DNA of 63,269 bases, filler included, from Polymyxa betae A26-41 (Eukaryota; Protista; Endomyxa: Phytomyxea), in assembly GCA_003693705.1 (NCBI GenBank). It is 7 parts of 7 records of this genome, joined end to end, with 100 filler letters (N's around TTAATTAATTAA, not from the genome) between each part and the next. Parts side by side here need not be neighbours in the genome. Positions count along the whole stretch, not along the records: positions 41,667 to 55,061 come from RBZT01000658.1; positions 55,162 to 59,385 come from RBZT01000362.1; 5 more parts are not named here. One strand, given 5' to 3'. Position 1 is the stretch's first letter, and every line of letters begins with the position of its first letter. The notes under the pieces are model-generated. The model was not told the DNA's origin. It did not search any database and saw only the letters and a program-made list of their open reading frames with translations. The position numbers were made by a program, and so were the translations under genes. Positions 47,901-59,485 of this stretch are shown here, piece by piece.

Positions 47901-50900
47901 GGAAACCACGCATTTTTGCGTGTCACCCCTTGTCAACTCTCGTATTCCCTAGCGTTGGTAGTTCGTGGTATCGGCTCCGCTGAATCATTGTCCATCATAC
48001 GAATCATCGTCTCGATGTGCGCTTTCGCGGTCAGAAGAGGATCATCAATTAAATCTCTTACACTCTTCAGCCATAGTTCCTCGTCCGAAGGTGTATCTTG
48101 AAGAAGACGAAGTTTACCAGAATCTATTCGTCCCATTCTCTCTTGGCATTGGTTCTTTTTCCTGTTATTAATGCTTTCTGACATTGCCCTCGTGATACAG
48201 ATGTGTTAATCTTTTCGACGATGCAGATGAACATGTTCGGGGGTCTACATTTTTCGAACTTTCGCACTTTCCGGCTTTCACAGCCAACCGCAACCGTGTC
48301 TTTTCATGATTGTCGACGGCATTTTCAGGTTGCGACTTTGGGACATTTCTGATACGATGCATCTCTGCTCTAGAGAATGCAACTGCCACGATAAATATGT
48401 TGGAAAAGCAGTGACTAGCTAGAGAAGGAGTCCAAACGCTGAAGACTGTTGTAAATTGAGAGTGTATATAAACGGATGCGGGATTGGTAATTGTAGACAG
48501 TCGGACAGCTTCTGGACAGTCAGCGTTTGTTATATTTAGACCTGGCCCCCGTTGCCCTTTCGGGTCAAACCGTCAGGATGGCGGGAGGCCTCGCCGGCGG
48601 TTCCAACAAATTAGAGCTATCGTAGTCATATTACACCAAGTCAACGATATTGAATCCGCTTGATAGAGAGCAATCATCAAGACAATGGTCTCGGTTATAA
48701 ACATCCAAAACGCGCTCGTACGGACAACGGTCGACCAGAAAATCTGGATCTTTGTCACCATATTATTGGGCGGTAGCCTGATCTTCAGTATAGCAGGGCC
48801 AATAGCAGCAATGGCCGCTATTAAACAGCTCATGATCGTAATATTCACACTTTTGAAATAGGTGCAAAGATTCACAGCAACAGAGCCGGTGAGAATGATC
48901 GCCACCGCTGTCCGCTTTTCACTTCAGCCGAAGTGTCATTAATTGACAGGTTCACCAGCCAGCAAGTATCCGACCACACACGAGGCCCCAAATACCAGCC
49001 ATGGCATGCTGTCATATCTCATCACCTCATTCTCTGGACAGCTAGCTGTGGCTCCAGGCGCGCTGGCTAAGTTTAGAACAGTATAAAATAGCTGACAGTG
49101 ATCTGAGACATGGGCAATACGACCATAAGGTGGATTTACCTGAGATGGTGAAGGTGGGAAAGCAAAATGCACATCCACCCCCGACCTCCTCCTGCTGTTA
49201 GGATTTGGTGGCTAACGCCAGCCATATCCATAACAGCGTCATCGCGGGGTCTCCCTAAGCCCGGCAGGATCAGTAGGGAGAGGGCGCGCCTCTAAACCAT
49301 CCTGGACGACTCCAATAGCTTGGGTTAGATCACCAACAAGGCGGTCGAACGTTTTGTCCATTAGTGGAAAGAGGCTGCGCTATCTTCTTGTGGACGCCCT
49401 CGTCACAGCTATCCACTGGTAAACAGCGCGGCCTCGATCCACTATTTGTTGTATGGGATCTGCTCGTTGTCTTAATTAAGTGGAATTGATTCAATAAGAT
49501 TCATTTTAAGCATTTGTCGGCATTCGAACATGTTTTAATTACACTATTACAATGTTTCGAAAAAACAGAAAATGACTCAAATAATACTCACAATTTCTGA
49601 AAAAAATTGCCAAGCGTCTTTGACTACTTAGGTGCAAATTTTCATAAAAATTCAAGAGTCTCTGAATCTGTGAGCATTGACTGCCACCACAAAACCAGAA
49701 GTTCGCGCCAGTTCTCGGACGCCTTGTACAAGCAGTTCCCTGAACTGAAGTGCTTGCCAACTTTGGCGGAATATTGGTTCATTTCGTGATCGACGTCGTC
49801 ACCCTCTATCGCTACATAATTCTCCTCGCAGATATTCTGGCAGTCTTCCCCGAGCCATACAAATTCGTTTTTGAAAATTGATTTCATCTTTATGCGAGAT
49901 ATGTTCTTACACTCTTTAATATCCATTTTTTTATCCGATTGTTATGTGGATTCATGGATTCGGATCATTCGATTGAATGATGCCGATTCCGGTCGTGACT
50001 CATCTTCCTGTTCTTGACTCTTCCATAACTACTCATCAGATGACCTGAAATTTCTATCCCACCTCGATTCTAGTCTCTATAGGTCAGAAGAGCGCTTCCC
50101 ACTCTAGCGTCTCAGTGTTTATTGCATAATATGAAAAGAATAGAATCGTGATATCCAGCGTTTAGAATATGGTGTCCGAAATGTGCTCGACGATGATTTT
50201 CGAGTTTTCGGAACTTGATCTTTATGCTAGGATTAGTTGCACTTTAGGGCTTGGTAGCAATATCTCCAAAAATCAGAATTAACAAGTGCCATTTTTCATC
50301 ATTTCAACCATAAATTTCAATGCATGATTACTCCTGCAATCATCCATAAACACTCCAAGCAATAACCTCCCAAAAAAATGCGATTTCGACATAGCCAGCT
50401 GATTGTCGATCATGTCGCTGGTAAATATCAGAACTAAAGAAGCAAAAGGTGACAACAATCAGTGTTGAACCCGCCCAAAAAAACCCTAACTCCGATCAGT
50501 CTCCGCTATATCGATATTCTTAACGGCGTCGTTCACCCGGATTAGGGCCAATTCAACAGGACAGATATTCTCTGGTTGGTTGCAACAGCCGATGATCACC
50601 ACTGTGAACAGAAAAGTGCAGCATATCGACAATTTCCTCCAAAAGAACGGCCGATTGAGAGCTTCGGGAGTTGAAATCGAGGATGATTACAGCATGATGA
50701 AAAGAGCAACGTATCCGTGATAAAAATTGTATTGTTTGTCAAGCAGAAATCAAATTTGTGAGCGCATTTATCACAGCAATTGCTTTAATATTCGATATGC
50801 CGATACTATAACGCCATGAAATCGTTAGTAGGTGTTCTGGATTCTATTTTGGCAATTTGCCTAAACTTTCCAGCCATGCGTTTTGGAAAGAGCGCCGCCT

Positions 50901-51064
50901 TTTGACCATAAACTAGTCGAATCCATCCGATATGGCGATTATCAACACAGCCCAACGCCCCAGCAGGCAAGCATACAAACCACTCCTATACAAACTGAAA
51001 GCGAGCCGTCTGGTGACGATCAACCATCTCCTGCTGGCCATCTCGTGTCGTGGCCGTCAACGAA

Positions 51065-51530
51065 ATGACGATTCCGTTCACGTTTCGAACTACCGACCCG
51101 AATCAGTCCCAGCTCACTCTCAACAGACGACAGGGAGAGGGGGTTGTTCGGCTCCGACGGTTACTGTCGCAATATGACCTGCACTATCTCCATCGGAGCT
51201 TTCTACCATCAGCTGCAGACTGGTCGGGATCAATTGCCGAGCTTAGATTTTACTACTAGAAATGGTGAAGATGATCTCGGAATCACCGTATCAGACCGTG
51301 CTGGCCCATTCGGAAGATTTCATCCAGTCTCAGGTCGTAATAGAGCAGATCGCTGATGTCTGTTATCTCGAGGTTGATTCGGATGGCTTCCGGTTAATTA
51401 TAGGTTGTTGAAAGGCTCAATCAAGCTTGAGTTTGTGCAATTCCGGAAATCGATATTCTACTTCTGGGAGCGTCAGCGGATGATCTTCTCTGCGAGCGAA
51501 TTGTGTAGGATAGCAACCGTCAGAATAACC
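51065..51530 (+). pseudogene. Degenerate BTB/POZ paralog
   Basis: SEDFIQS, IADVCYLEVDSDGFRLI, IDILLLGASADDLLCERIV fragments match 52282-52686; stops and frameshifts. Confidence 0.65.
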
Positions 51531-52030
51531 AGAGTCTGTTGTGGTTGAGAAGAGCCATTAGATTCAATTTTTGAAATTGAAGCTGTCAAAATGAAGCAAT
51601 CTTCGATACAATGCGATGGAGACCCGTCTACAGATATGAATGCGAAAGATGCCCGAATGAATGGGTCGTGATCGAGCCCAGAACGTATTGCTTGACTGCA
51701 TCACATTGACAGATTTGAACTTCATAAATGTGAATTCAATGACAGCGATCACACAATCCGCAAACAGAATAAAGGCTATTCGTACAATCTTCGTGAAAAA
51801 AGGATTTGAACAAAAAACTATTCCATCGTTATAAATGACCGACCCGGTCCAGTTTTATTCTCATCACAGATTTGGCTTCTATAAGAGCCAATGTCTCATT
51901 GAAGACTGCTTTTGAGATCCAATCACGAAAAAGTTCTCTGACAGAATTCATGTTTTCTTCGCTTCGAGATTCTGTTGATAATTGCCGCATCTCGTCTCAA
52001 ATGCAATCCAAAAAATGTTGCGAAATTCAA

Positions 52031-52686
52031 TCATTGATCCCGATTGAAACAATCCTTGATCATGATCGAGTACATGCCTTGAATCTGTGCTGCCAAAGCC
52101 GACAATCGTGTGATAGGTTCAGTATAACTGTCGGAAGCGACTGTCTTCATCGATTCGCACTGCGAACAGAATCTTTTCGGCGCAATAACAATCCACCCAT
52201 TTTTGCATTGTACACAATAATATTTGTAGACGGGAATCCGCTCCAGATTGTCGAACATCTTATCCACGTTTGTAAACTTCTTTAACTTCTTTGTAAATCT
52301 TGATTCAATTTATCTTTCTGTTCCAGAATGGCCGTTTGCGATTCCAGATAGTTCTTGATGTCCTGCACTATTGTATCGCAGAGCAGATAATCGGCTGTAG
52401 CTTGCAGAAGTATAATATCGGCGATGGGAAGGCGCTGATAATCCAATCTCATGGTGCCTTTCAGGATATCGACAATGAGACGGAAACTGTTCGGATCGAC
52501 ATCGAGATAATAGACATCAGCGACCTTCTCTGCTGGTATTGATGATGTCAACATTTGTGATAAAAGCCACGAATGAGACTTGATAAAATCCTCAGAAAGA
52601 AAAAGCATCCAGCCACGAGCTGAGACAGGGATCATCATGACCATCTTCCCGATCCGAAAAACTGATGAATGTAAGCGCTTGATCAT
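52031..52686 (-). pseudogene. BTB/POZ domain + coiled coil + CxxC...CxxC protein, interrupted near 52280
   Basis: IPVSARG, YYLDVDPNSFRLIVDIL, LQATADYLL; then CVQC...CSQC in ORF 52031-52267. Confidence 0.7.
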
Positions 52687-53118
52687 CGGAGATCCGATTT
52701 CAAGGGCTGTGGATGATGGGCATTATCGAGACCTCTTAATTGCAAAAATGATAGGTAGAAATTCATCAAAACCTATTTCATCCCACATACAGCCCTAATT
52801 CACTTCTATAGGAGGTAAGTGATAGCTGTCAGGTTTGAGTCGCAATCAATTTTTCATGAAACAGCGGAGCGCAGCCACGAAATGAATTTCATGAATGATT
52901 CAAACACGGTCAGTTCCTAGAAACGAAAACATTTTCATTTTGGAAAGCGTATTTTTTGAAGCAGCTGCCTCTTCAATTCACACAAAAAAGCCGAGCGCAA
53001 TGTGAATCATTATCAATTAGAAAAAACGTTATACAACTGGAGCGATTTCTTCGGTCAAGATGCCGAAGTGAAATTCATGAAATTCGGTTCGAAGAGGCGG
53101 GTCTGGTGATTAAGGCGG

Positions 53119-53580
53119 ATGGAATCGGCCATGGATACAGGAATTATGGCGGCCGTCATCTCAGCAGCAGCGACCATCTGTGTCGCCGCCATAACTTTCA
53201 CCATCACGATCATCACATTGATCGTTTCAAAGCGGAAAGAACGCGAGGCCGAAGAACAGAAACAGAAGCTGGAACATTATCGATCATTTATTGAGGCGTT
53301 CAGCCGACAAAGATCGCCGGATTTGACGTCCGACGAGCAGAAACGAGTTGAGGCCGCCGTCAACATCCTCCATCTGTTCGCACCGCAGCCAGTCATTCTC
53401 GCGCTCTACGAATTTCAGGAATCGCTGTACGACAATCGGAAGAATTTCTATGCGCTTTGGGATCAGTTGATTCGCGCGATTCGAGCCGACGTCGGCGTCA
53501 CGCCAGAAGACAAAATTCAACGAACGTTTAAGCTGCAGCGTGTTTCTCCGAAAGAAATGCTCCCGTTCGTACGCATCTGA
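53119..53580 (+). CDS. Small intronless membrane-anchored helical protein of bacterial appearance
   Basis: Intact 153-aa ORF: TM helix, KRKEREAE..KQKLEHY, N.LHLFAPQPVI.AL, LIRAIRADVGV. Confidence 0.7.
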   Translation: MESAMDTGIMAAVISAAATICVAAITFTITIITLIVSKRKEREAEEQKQKLEHYRSFIEAFSRQRSPDLTSDEQKRVEAAVNILHLFAPQPVILALYEFQESLYDNRKNFYALWDQLIRAIRADVGVTPEDKIQRTFKLQRVSPKEMLPFVRI

Positions 53581-54170
53581 CAATTAGAGAATTTTCGATA
53601 TAAAAAAAACTTTTTTCCTCATTCTGCTTTCTGTTATTCTCTTGTAGACAAGATAGACAATTATCGATCTTCATACATAGAGCTGTGATGATTGTATCAT
53701 GGTTTCAAGTTATCAAAAGTGAATTCGATATCCCAATCACCAAGATTTTGACGGGTTCTTTTCCTTTTTTTGGTGATTTTCAATATTTACATACGACGGG
53801 TCAATAAGAATGATATTTAATGTTGATTTTTGGAAAATAACGGCCTCGAATCCAAACCATGAGCAGCCCGGCGGTTGAAAAAGTTGCAGTACAAAAATGA
53901 TGATCGCGGCTGTAGGCGAACTGAACCATGACAGAAACCTTTTGCAAGGCGCTGCGAAAAACTAACATCAATTAATTGATTCCGACATTGTCTAGGGATA
54001 TCATTCATTAATCGATAATGTAAATTGTTGCGCTAACAATAAGTAAGTCGAAATAACAAGCAAAAAAGCGTAAATTGTTTCGCAAACAATAAGAAAGTCG
54101 AAATAAAAAACAAAAAAGCAATAATGATTTGATTGAGAGATAAGTGGTTGCACCGGGACACGGAACCGAG

Positions 54171-54772
54171 AGAGCTTGGCCTGGGGATGTGACTCCACTG
54201 CAGAATTCACAGTAAACCTGTCGGGAATGACGTTCTGGAAATGCGCGCATGCTGTGAGCCATGAGCTGTCTCAATGGTGACTTCGTTACGTAATGAAATG
54301 ACGGCGAATGTATACAGTGAGTCATGTACCAGTCGACCGTCGACAACGGGCCGCGCATCCGTCGACGGGTATCCGTCGCTCATATATTTATAGAGAAACT
54401 TGAGTGACTGGAAAATGGGCTGCGCCCTCTACAGAGACATATACCGTCACATCGGCGAGACGGCGTCTATAGTGCAGGCCTCAATAAATATGGCAATCTA
54501 TCAATAGACGCAAAAATTACCATAATTACTTTTTTTGAATGCCATAATTAAGACTTGGGTTTGGGGTAGATTACAGTGTTTCTGCGCTTGCACCATCGTG
54601 TTTGTGGTGTCTGATCACTTAATCCTCAAATTTCCCCATACAAAAAGTCCCGGACTTTATTCTCGGGCGGAATGTCCCAGTAGCCAAACGAAATGTTATA
54701 GATCGATAGATTTGCCGAAAGGAATATATACTGTAAGTTCTGCTGTGGAGTCACATCCCCAGGCCAAGCTCT
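54171..54772. mobile_element. 602-bp non-autonomous element with 44-bp terminal inverted repeats
   Basis: AGAGCTTGGCCTGGGGATGTGACTCCAC-GCAGAA-T-ACAGTA inverted at both ends (3 mismatches); no clear target duplication. Confidence 0.85.
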
Positions 54773-54814
54773 AGGACTGCCTTAGATTCAATCTCGAATG
54801 CATGAGGTTTTCAA

Positions 54815-55048
54815 TGTAAGGGGAGTGACTGAGGCTAGCTGAAGGGGACGAAGGGAACTAGCTACTTTGCAGGCGAACAAGATGTGAACAGAAGCAATCA
54901 GATTGAAGAATGATTTATATAGGACGAGATCAGACGATTAAATAGGACGCTGACTGGCTGCAGGCCACTCGAGGAGTCGACAGTGGACCAGGCGACTTGG
55001 ACAGGGTCGACGACGACTTGGACAGAGTCAAAGACGGCTGGCATTACA
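54815..55048. mobile_element. Solo LTR, 234 bp
   Basis: TTCAA|TGTAAG...ATTACA|GTCAA (4/5 target duplication). Confidence 0.75.
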
Positions 55049-55061
55049 GTCAAAAACTGAT

Positions 55062-55161
55062 NNNNNNNNNNNNNNNNNNNNNNNNNNNNNNNNNNNNNNN
55101 NNNNNTTAATTAATTAANNNNNNNNNNNNNNNNNNNNNNNNNNNNNNNNNNNNNNNNNNNN
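55062..55161. other. Artificial contig spacer
   Basis: N-run + TTAATTAATTAA + N-run. Confidence 0.98.
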
Positions 55162-55331
55162 AGCTGCTGGTTTCATGGAAGGGATTCACCGCAGATGAAA
55201 ATTCCTGGGAAGACTTGGAAACATTACACAATGATGTTCCGGTGTTAGTCGCGAATTTTTCGAAGAAACTGAAGTCAGAAAATCACGAACTTTATGATGA
55301 TGTTAATAAAATCATCTCACAGAAGAGTTGA
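55162..55331 (+). pseudogene. Gypsy integrase chromodomain C-terminus
   Basis: LLVSWKGFTADENSWEDLETLHNDVP, paralogous to ~11635-11712. Confidence 0.85.
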
Positions 55332-55519
55332 TTGTCGGGAGTCAAGCTTTTCCCACTGGGTTTTTAATGCGATATTCCGACATCAGCGAACAGAAGAATG
55401 CACTTAAAAACATTGATCTTAGCGAAATCAAAATTTTATTAAGTTTTAATTGTGTGTTAGAAGAGTACAGTCCTTATATTCTTGTATCGTTTCTATCTAA
55501 TTTTATAATAGTTCTGGTC

Positions 55520-55804
55520 CATTACACCAAGCCCGCCTCAAAATGGACCCGGATGAATTTTTCCCGTTTCTGCTGAAACTGAAGGATTTCCTTCCGGTCG
55601 GCAGTCCTCAATATTGGAGCCTTGTTCGTCTCCAGTACAGCCAGATTTCCTGAAGCAAATCTTGGCTCATTTTTCTGATGTTTCTGCACCAGATCCTCAT
55701 TCGTCGATCCATGATCGATCTCGGAGCCGACTTCCTTAACGTGACTGCCACATCATAATCAGGATCAGTCACTTCATCAATAGTGCAGCCGTTGCTAGTC
55801 ATCA
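55520..55804 (-). pseudogene. Gypsy gag N-terminal fragment
   Basis: KAPILRTADRKEILQFQQKREKFIR resembles SAPTLRRTDTNDIFRFLRKY at ~27800. Confidence 0.5.
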
Positions 55805-56095
55805 TTGACTTGCGACTTTCAGCTCTCAATGTCCCAGTGGCAATTCGAATTCCGTGGATACTTCCTTAGAATTAGTCCGCAGGATCAATCCGTATCGTGA
55901 GATTGACCCAGTTTCCTAATTGTCTCAGATGTAAGACAGCTATACTGGGCGGTTCCGGAAAGTTACTTGTGACTAAAACTAAAAGTTCTTGATCGTCACT
56001 GGACTAGTTTAGGTTTTAAAAGTAGAATTCTAAACCAAATTTTATTGGAAGAATTTAAAAAAAAATGTTTAGTTTGATTAGTTCAAAAAAAGAAT

Positions 56096-56995
56096 TTAAT
56101 TTTGGACTGGTTTTTGGCCAGCGTCCACTTTGTTTGCCAGCATTAAAGTTAGAATTAGATCGCGATCTGCTTTGGCCTGCAGCCTGATTTCCTCCAATCT
56201 GGCTTCGTCGCGATCGCGCTGCAGCTGCGATGAAAGCCGCATTTCATCATATCGGCGGTCGTCTCGCTGTCGTTGTAGTTCAGACATCGCCATCATCTCC
56301 TCGAAACGCGACCGAGCTTCTTCTCTTCGGCTTTCCATCTCGGCGCGCATCACGACAACAAGTTGATTCTCATGGTCTGATGTTTTGAGCTTCCGTTTTA
56401 GAGGCGCGCTAGACCAAGACGAATCCTGATTCTGTCTGGAAGATACACAACCAGTTTTAGGCGCTGAACAGGATTTTCCGGCAGGATTGCCTTCGGCCTG
56501 GTGGGTTGAAACAGGTCTGGCGGGCGACGATGGGTATGAAAGTATCGCTGGCTGCTGAGGCGATGCGGGGAAATCTTCCCGGCCCTCAAGCTGCTGTTCG
56601 TCGTCGTTCTTTTGCTCGCTGCCTTCGCTGTTGGCATCCAATTCAACTCGTTGATTGATCAAATTGGCTGCATGTTTTGCTTTTCGTACATGAGGGGGGC
56701 AGTTGGGATCGCCGGTAGGCACCTGAAAACATACCCTTGGATTCAATGGATTAGTATTTGCAGCAGTCTTACTTGATGATCCCGTAGCCTTTCTAATTTC
56801 GCTTTCAAAGAAGTAGCTGGTCAATCGAAACCTGTCGTGGCCTAATGTTGGACAGCAACAGTTTCCCATTCCACCTACGGAACAGGTCGAATGTCGTAGA
56901 TGGTGTCGACCTTGCTCTTAGTCGAGCTTGAACGAAATCGCTCCTTTCTGGCGACCCCTTTTAGCACGAGGAGTATCGGCTTGATTTTCTGACAT
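56096..56995 (-). pseudogene. Harbinger accessory Myb-like protein (DUF6818-like), disrupted 5' part
   Basis: EWETVA, SLKAKL and PTGDPNCPPHVRKAK, then low-complexity linker and R/E-rich coiled coil; divergent from the nuclease. Confidence 0.7.
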
Positions 56996-57302
56996 TGTTT
57001 CAAACTTCAACGTATCAGAAAGCACAACATTTTGAAAGTGAATAAGGTTTGTGTATTCGCTTTAGCATAATTCCAACATTCGCCTCTCGTGACCTTGGCC
57101 AAGCTGAACGCGTCCACAATCGACTGGCCCCGTTTTGGCATAGGGGCCGCCCCGCTTCTGGCTGAGACGCCGCCCCACTTTCGCCCTTGCCTAGTGGCCG
57201 TTGGTCTAGTCCGACACACCTCGCCCTGGCGGCAGCAGAAGAAGGTTGCTGCCAGACCCTGATTCATATTTAAACTTTAATTAACCATCGTTTTTGCAAA
57301 CC

Positions 57303-58435
57303 ATGGTGTCGTGTGTGATACTCTATGAACTTTTGAGAAAGCAAAAGAGGAGTGATACCAGGCGCCGCAGGCGTGCCAAGAACTACAAGATCCCTCGGTT
57401 CAGTTTATTGGATCCGTCTAAAAGCCCATGGAGAAGGCTGTATGAAAGCGGCGTCGACTCTGCGTTTTTATGTGCTACTGGAATTGATCGTGCTTCCTTT
57501 GAAAGGATTCTGAACATTTTCTCTATCCTTTATCCATTGTATACTCCATATACGAAATCTGGATTCAATGAATTGCTAGAAAAGCCTTTCGGTCGCCCCA
57601 GATTGCTTCGAACAGCAGATTGCCTTGGATTAGTGTTCATGTGGCTACGAACTAGGTAATTGTTATTGATGATTGGTTTTGCCTAGCCAAAGTGCTACAT
57701 AAATGCCCAGTATGGATGTTAACAATGGTATTCGGGATCACTTTATCAGTCTGCGACACTTTTCTTAAGTTTGGTATACACCTTCTGGAGCATTCACTTC
57801 GCTCAGATCTTGCAGCTAAGTGTAAATTGCCGGATGAGGACAGCATACTTGGTTTTTTTAGGGCTTTTCAATCAAGGCACAATGTTCTGCGTCAATATTG
57901 GGGCGTTGTCGATGGGCTGAAGCTGTACTTATCTGAATGCGGAGACGCTGTGATCCAGAATGCCTACTACAACGGGTGGACAGCAGATTGCTACATCGGC
58001 AATCTTTTCTTGTTCACTCCAGATGGGTGCATAGCCTATCGGGTATTAAATGCTCCCGGTAGGGTAATATTGTGCTTGTATTTTGACTAATTTTTGGGCA
58101 GGATCATGGCACGATGCTGAAATCGCGAAAAGCGGGAAACTTTACGATGCATTAGATCAGGTATATCAGCGATTTGGTGGCAAGATCATCGCTGACTCTG
58201 CGTTTCCTGGGCAATTTCCTTTTATATCGCGATCAAGCAAGGCCAGCGAAACCGGGCCAGTAAACGCCCGTGAAGCAAACCTCGAGATGCAGCTCGTGAG
58301 CGCACGACAACCAGCTGAATGGGGAATGCGGGCGCTGCAGGGATCGTTTCCTCGTTTGAAGGCCAGGTTTCCGTACAAAGAGCGAGGCCACAGGAGGATC
58401 GTGCTGCGCCTGATCGTATCCCTGCACAACCTTCG
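57303..58435 (+). pseudogene. PIF/Harbinger (HARBI1-like) DDE transposase, two short introns, 3' end cut by an LTR insertion
   Basis: GRPR, WGVVDG, QNAYYNGW, PDG, NAPG/SWHD, ADSAFP, RQPAEWGMRALQGSFPRL, LHNLR. Confidence 0.9.
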
Positions 58436-58601
58436 TGTCATGTCCTGACTGACAATGACATATCATAACATAATTTAGTCCATAACATAATTTAGTCCGC
58501 CACGCACCTCCGGTGCAATGTCTTCCTGTTGTTTTCCCTTCTCTCATTCAATACACGATTAGTCTTGTATCGTCGTATTCCTCCTCTCCCTTGTCTTGAC
58601 A
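58436..58601 (+). mobile_element. 166-bp 5' LTR
   Basis: TGTCA...TGACA termini; interrupts the transposase right after LHNLR; gag follows. Confidence 0.8.
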
Positions 58602-58623
58602 TCTTTTTTACGACGAATACGTT

Positions 58624-59385
58624 ATGTCTGATGCTAACAGCGCTCCTGCTCAGGACGCTCATCACGTCGCCTCCTCAAGCGAGTCAAGCTCCCCGCCCGT
58701 GGGACCTCTCATTCAAGCTTTGACTGCAAGCGCGCGTACCGAAGCCGCCATCAATCGCAATCAAGCAGCTCTGGACGTCGCCGTCCAAGAGTTCGAAGAC
58801 GCCATTGCTGAATACGGTGTAGCTTCCCGCGAAGCTCGAAATGCCCAATCAACCGTGTCCCGCCTAACCGAAGTAGTCAACGCTCTGACGCAAGCTTTAG
58901 CCGCTCTACGTTCCGTGGCGACGGGACGCCATCAGCTCCGGTTCAGGCGTTGCCGACCTCGGCGTTTCAGTCATCTGCAACCCGATTCTCTCTCCCATCT
59001 GGTTTGCCGACCTTCAAGAGGCTGTCGATCGCCACTGGTTCGCAGCTCGGTCCACGAGAGTTCATTACAGCGTTCGAAGACCGGCTTCGCGCCCATGGTT
59101 ATCCATCGGAGCGGTTCGTCGACGCTCTCCTCACCGCCTGTGCAACGGATGAGGCAGACTGGTGCAGAGCTAACCTGGTCAACGTTCCTTGGCCAGAGGC
59201 TCGTCAGTTGTTCTTGCAGCATTTCAGCGGAGGCGATGTTCAGTCTCATTATCGCTACCAACTGGAAGTTATTGAGCGCCAGAAATCTGAAAAGGTTCTA
59301 GTCTTCTCCGATCGTTATATGCAAGCTATGCGGCTCGCCGAGCTCGATCCAGCGTCTGATTCTCACGTCGCCCATTTCCTACTTC
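58624..59385 (+). pseudogene. Gypsy gag (coiled coil, then capsid-like region after a frameshift), cut by the contig end
   Basis: FITAFEDRLRAHG...W...WPEARQLFLQHF...SEKVLVFSDRY. Confidence 0.75.
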
Positions 59386-59485
59386 NNNNNNNNNNNNNNN
59401 NNNNNNNNNNNNNNNNNNNNNNNNNNNNNTTAATTAATTAANNNNNNNNNNNNNNNNNNNNNNNNNNNNNNNNNNNNNNNNNNNN
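59386..59485. other. Artificial contig spacer
   Basis: N-run + TTAATTAATTAA + N-run. Confidence 0.98.

Noticed and set aside
48573-49926. Short hydrophobic and unknown minus-strand ORFs
   Set aside because: Fragmentary, with no family signature; cannot be assigned
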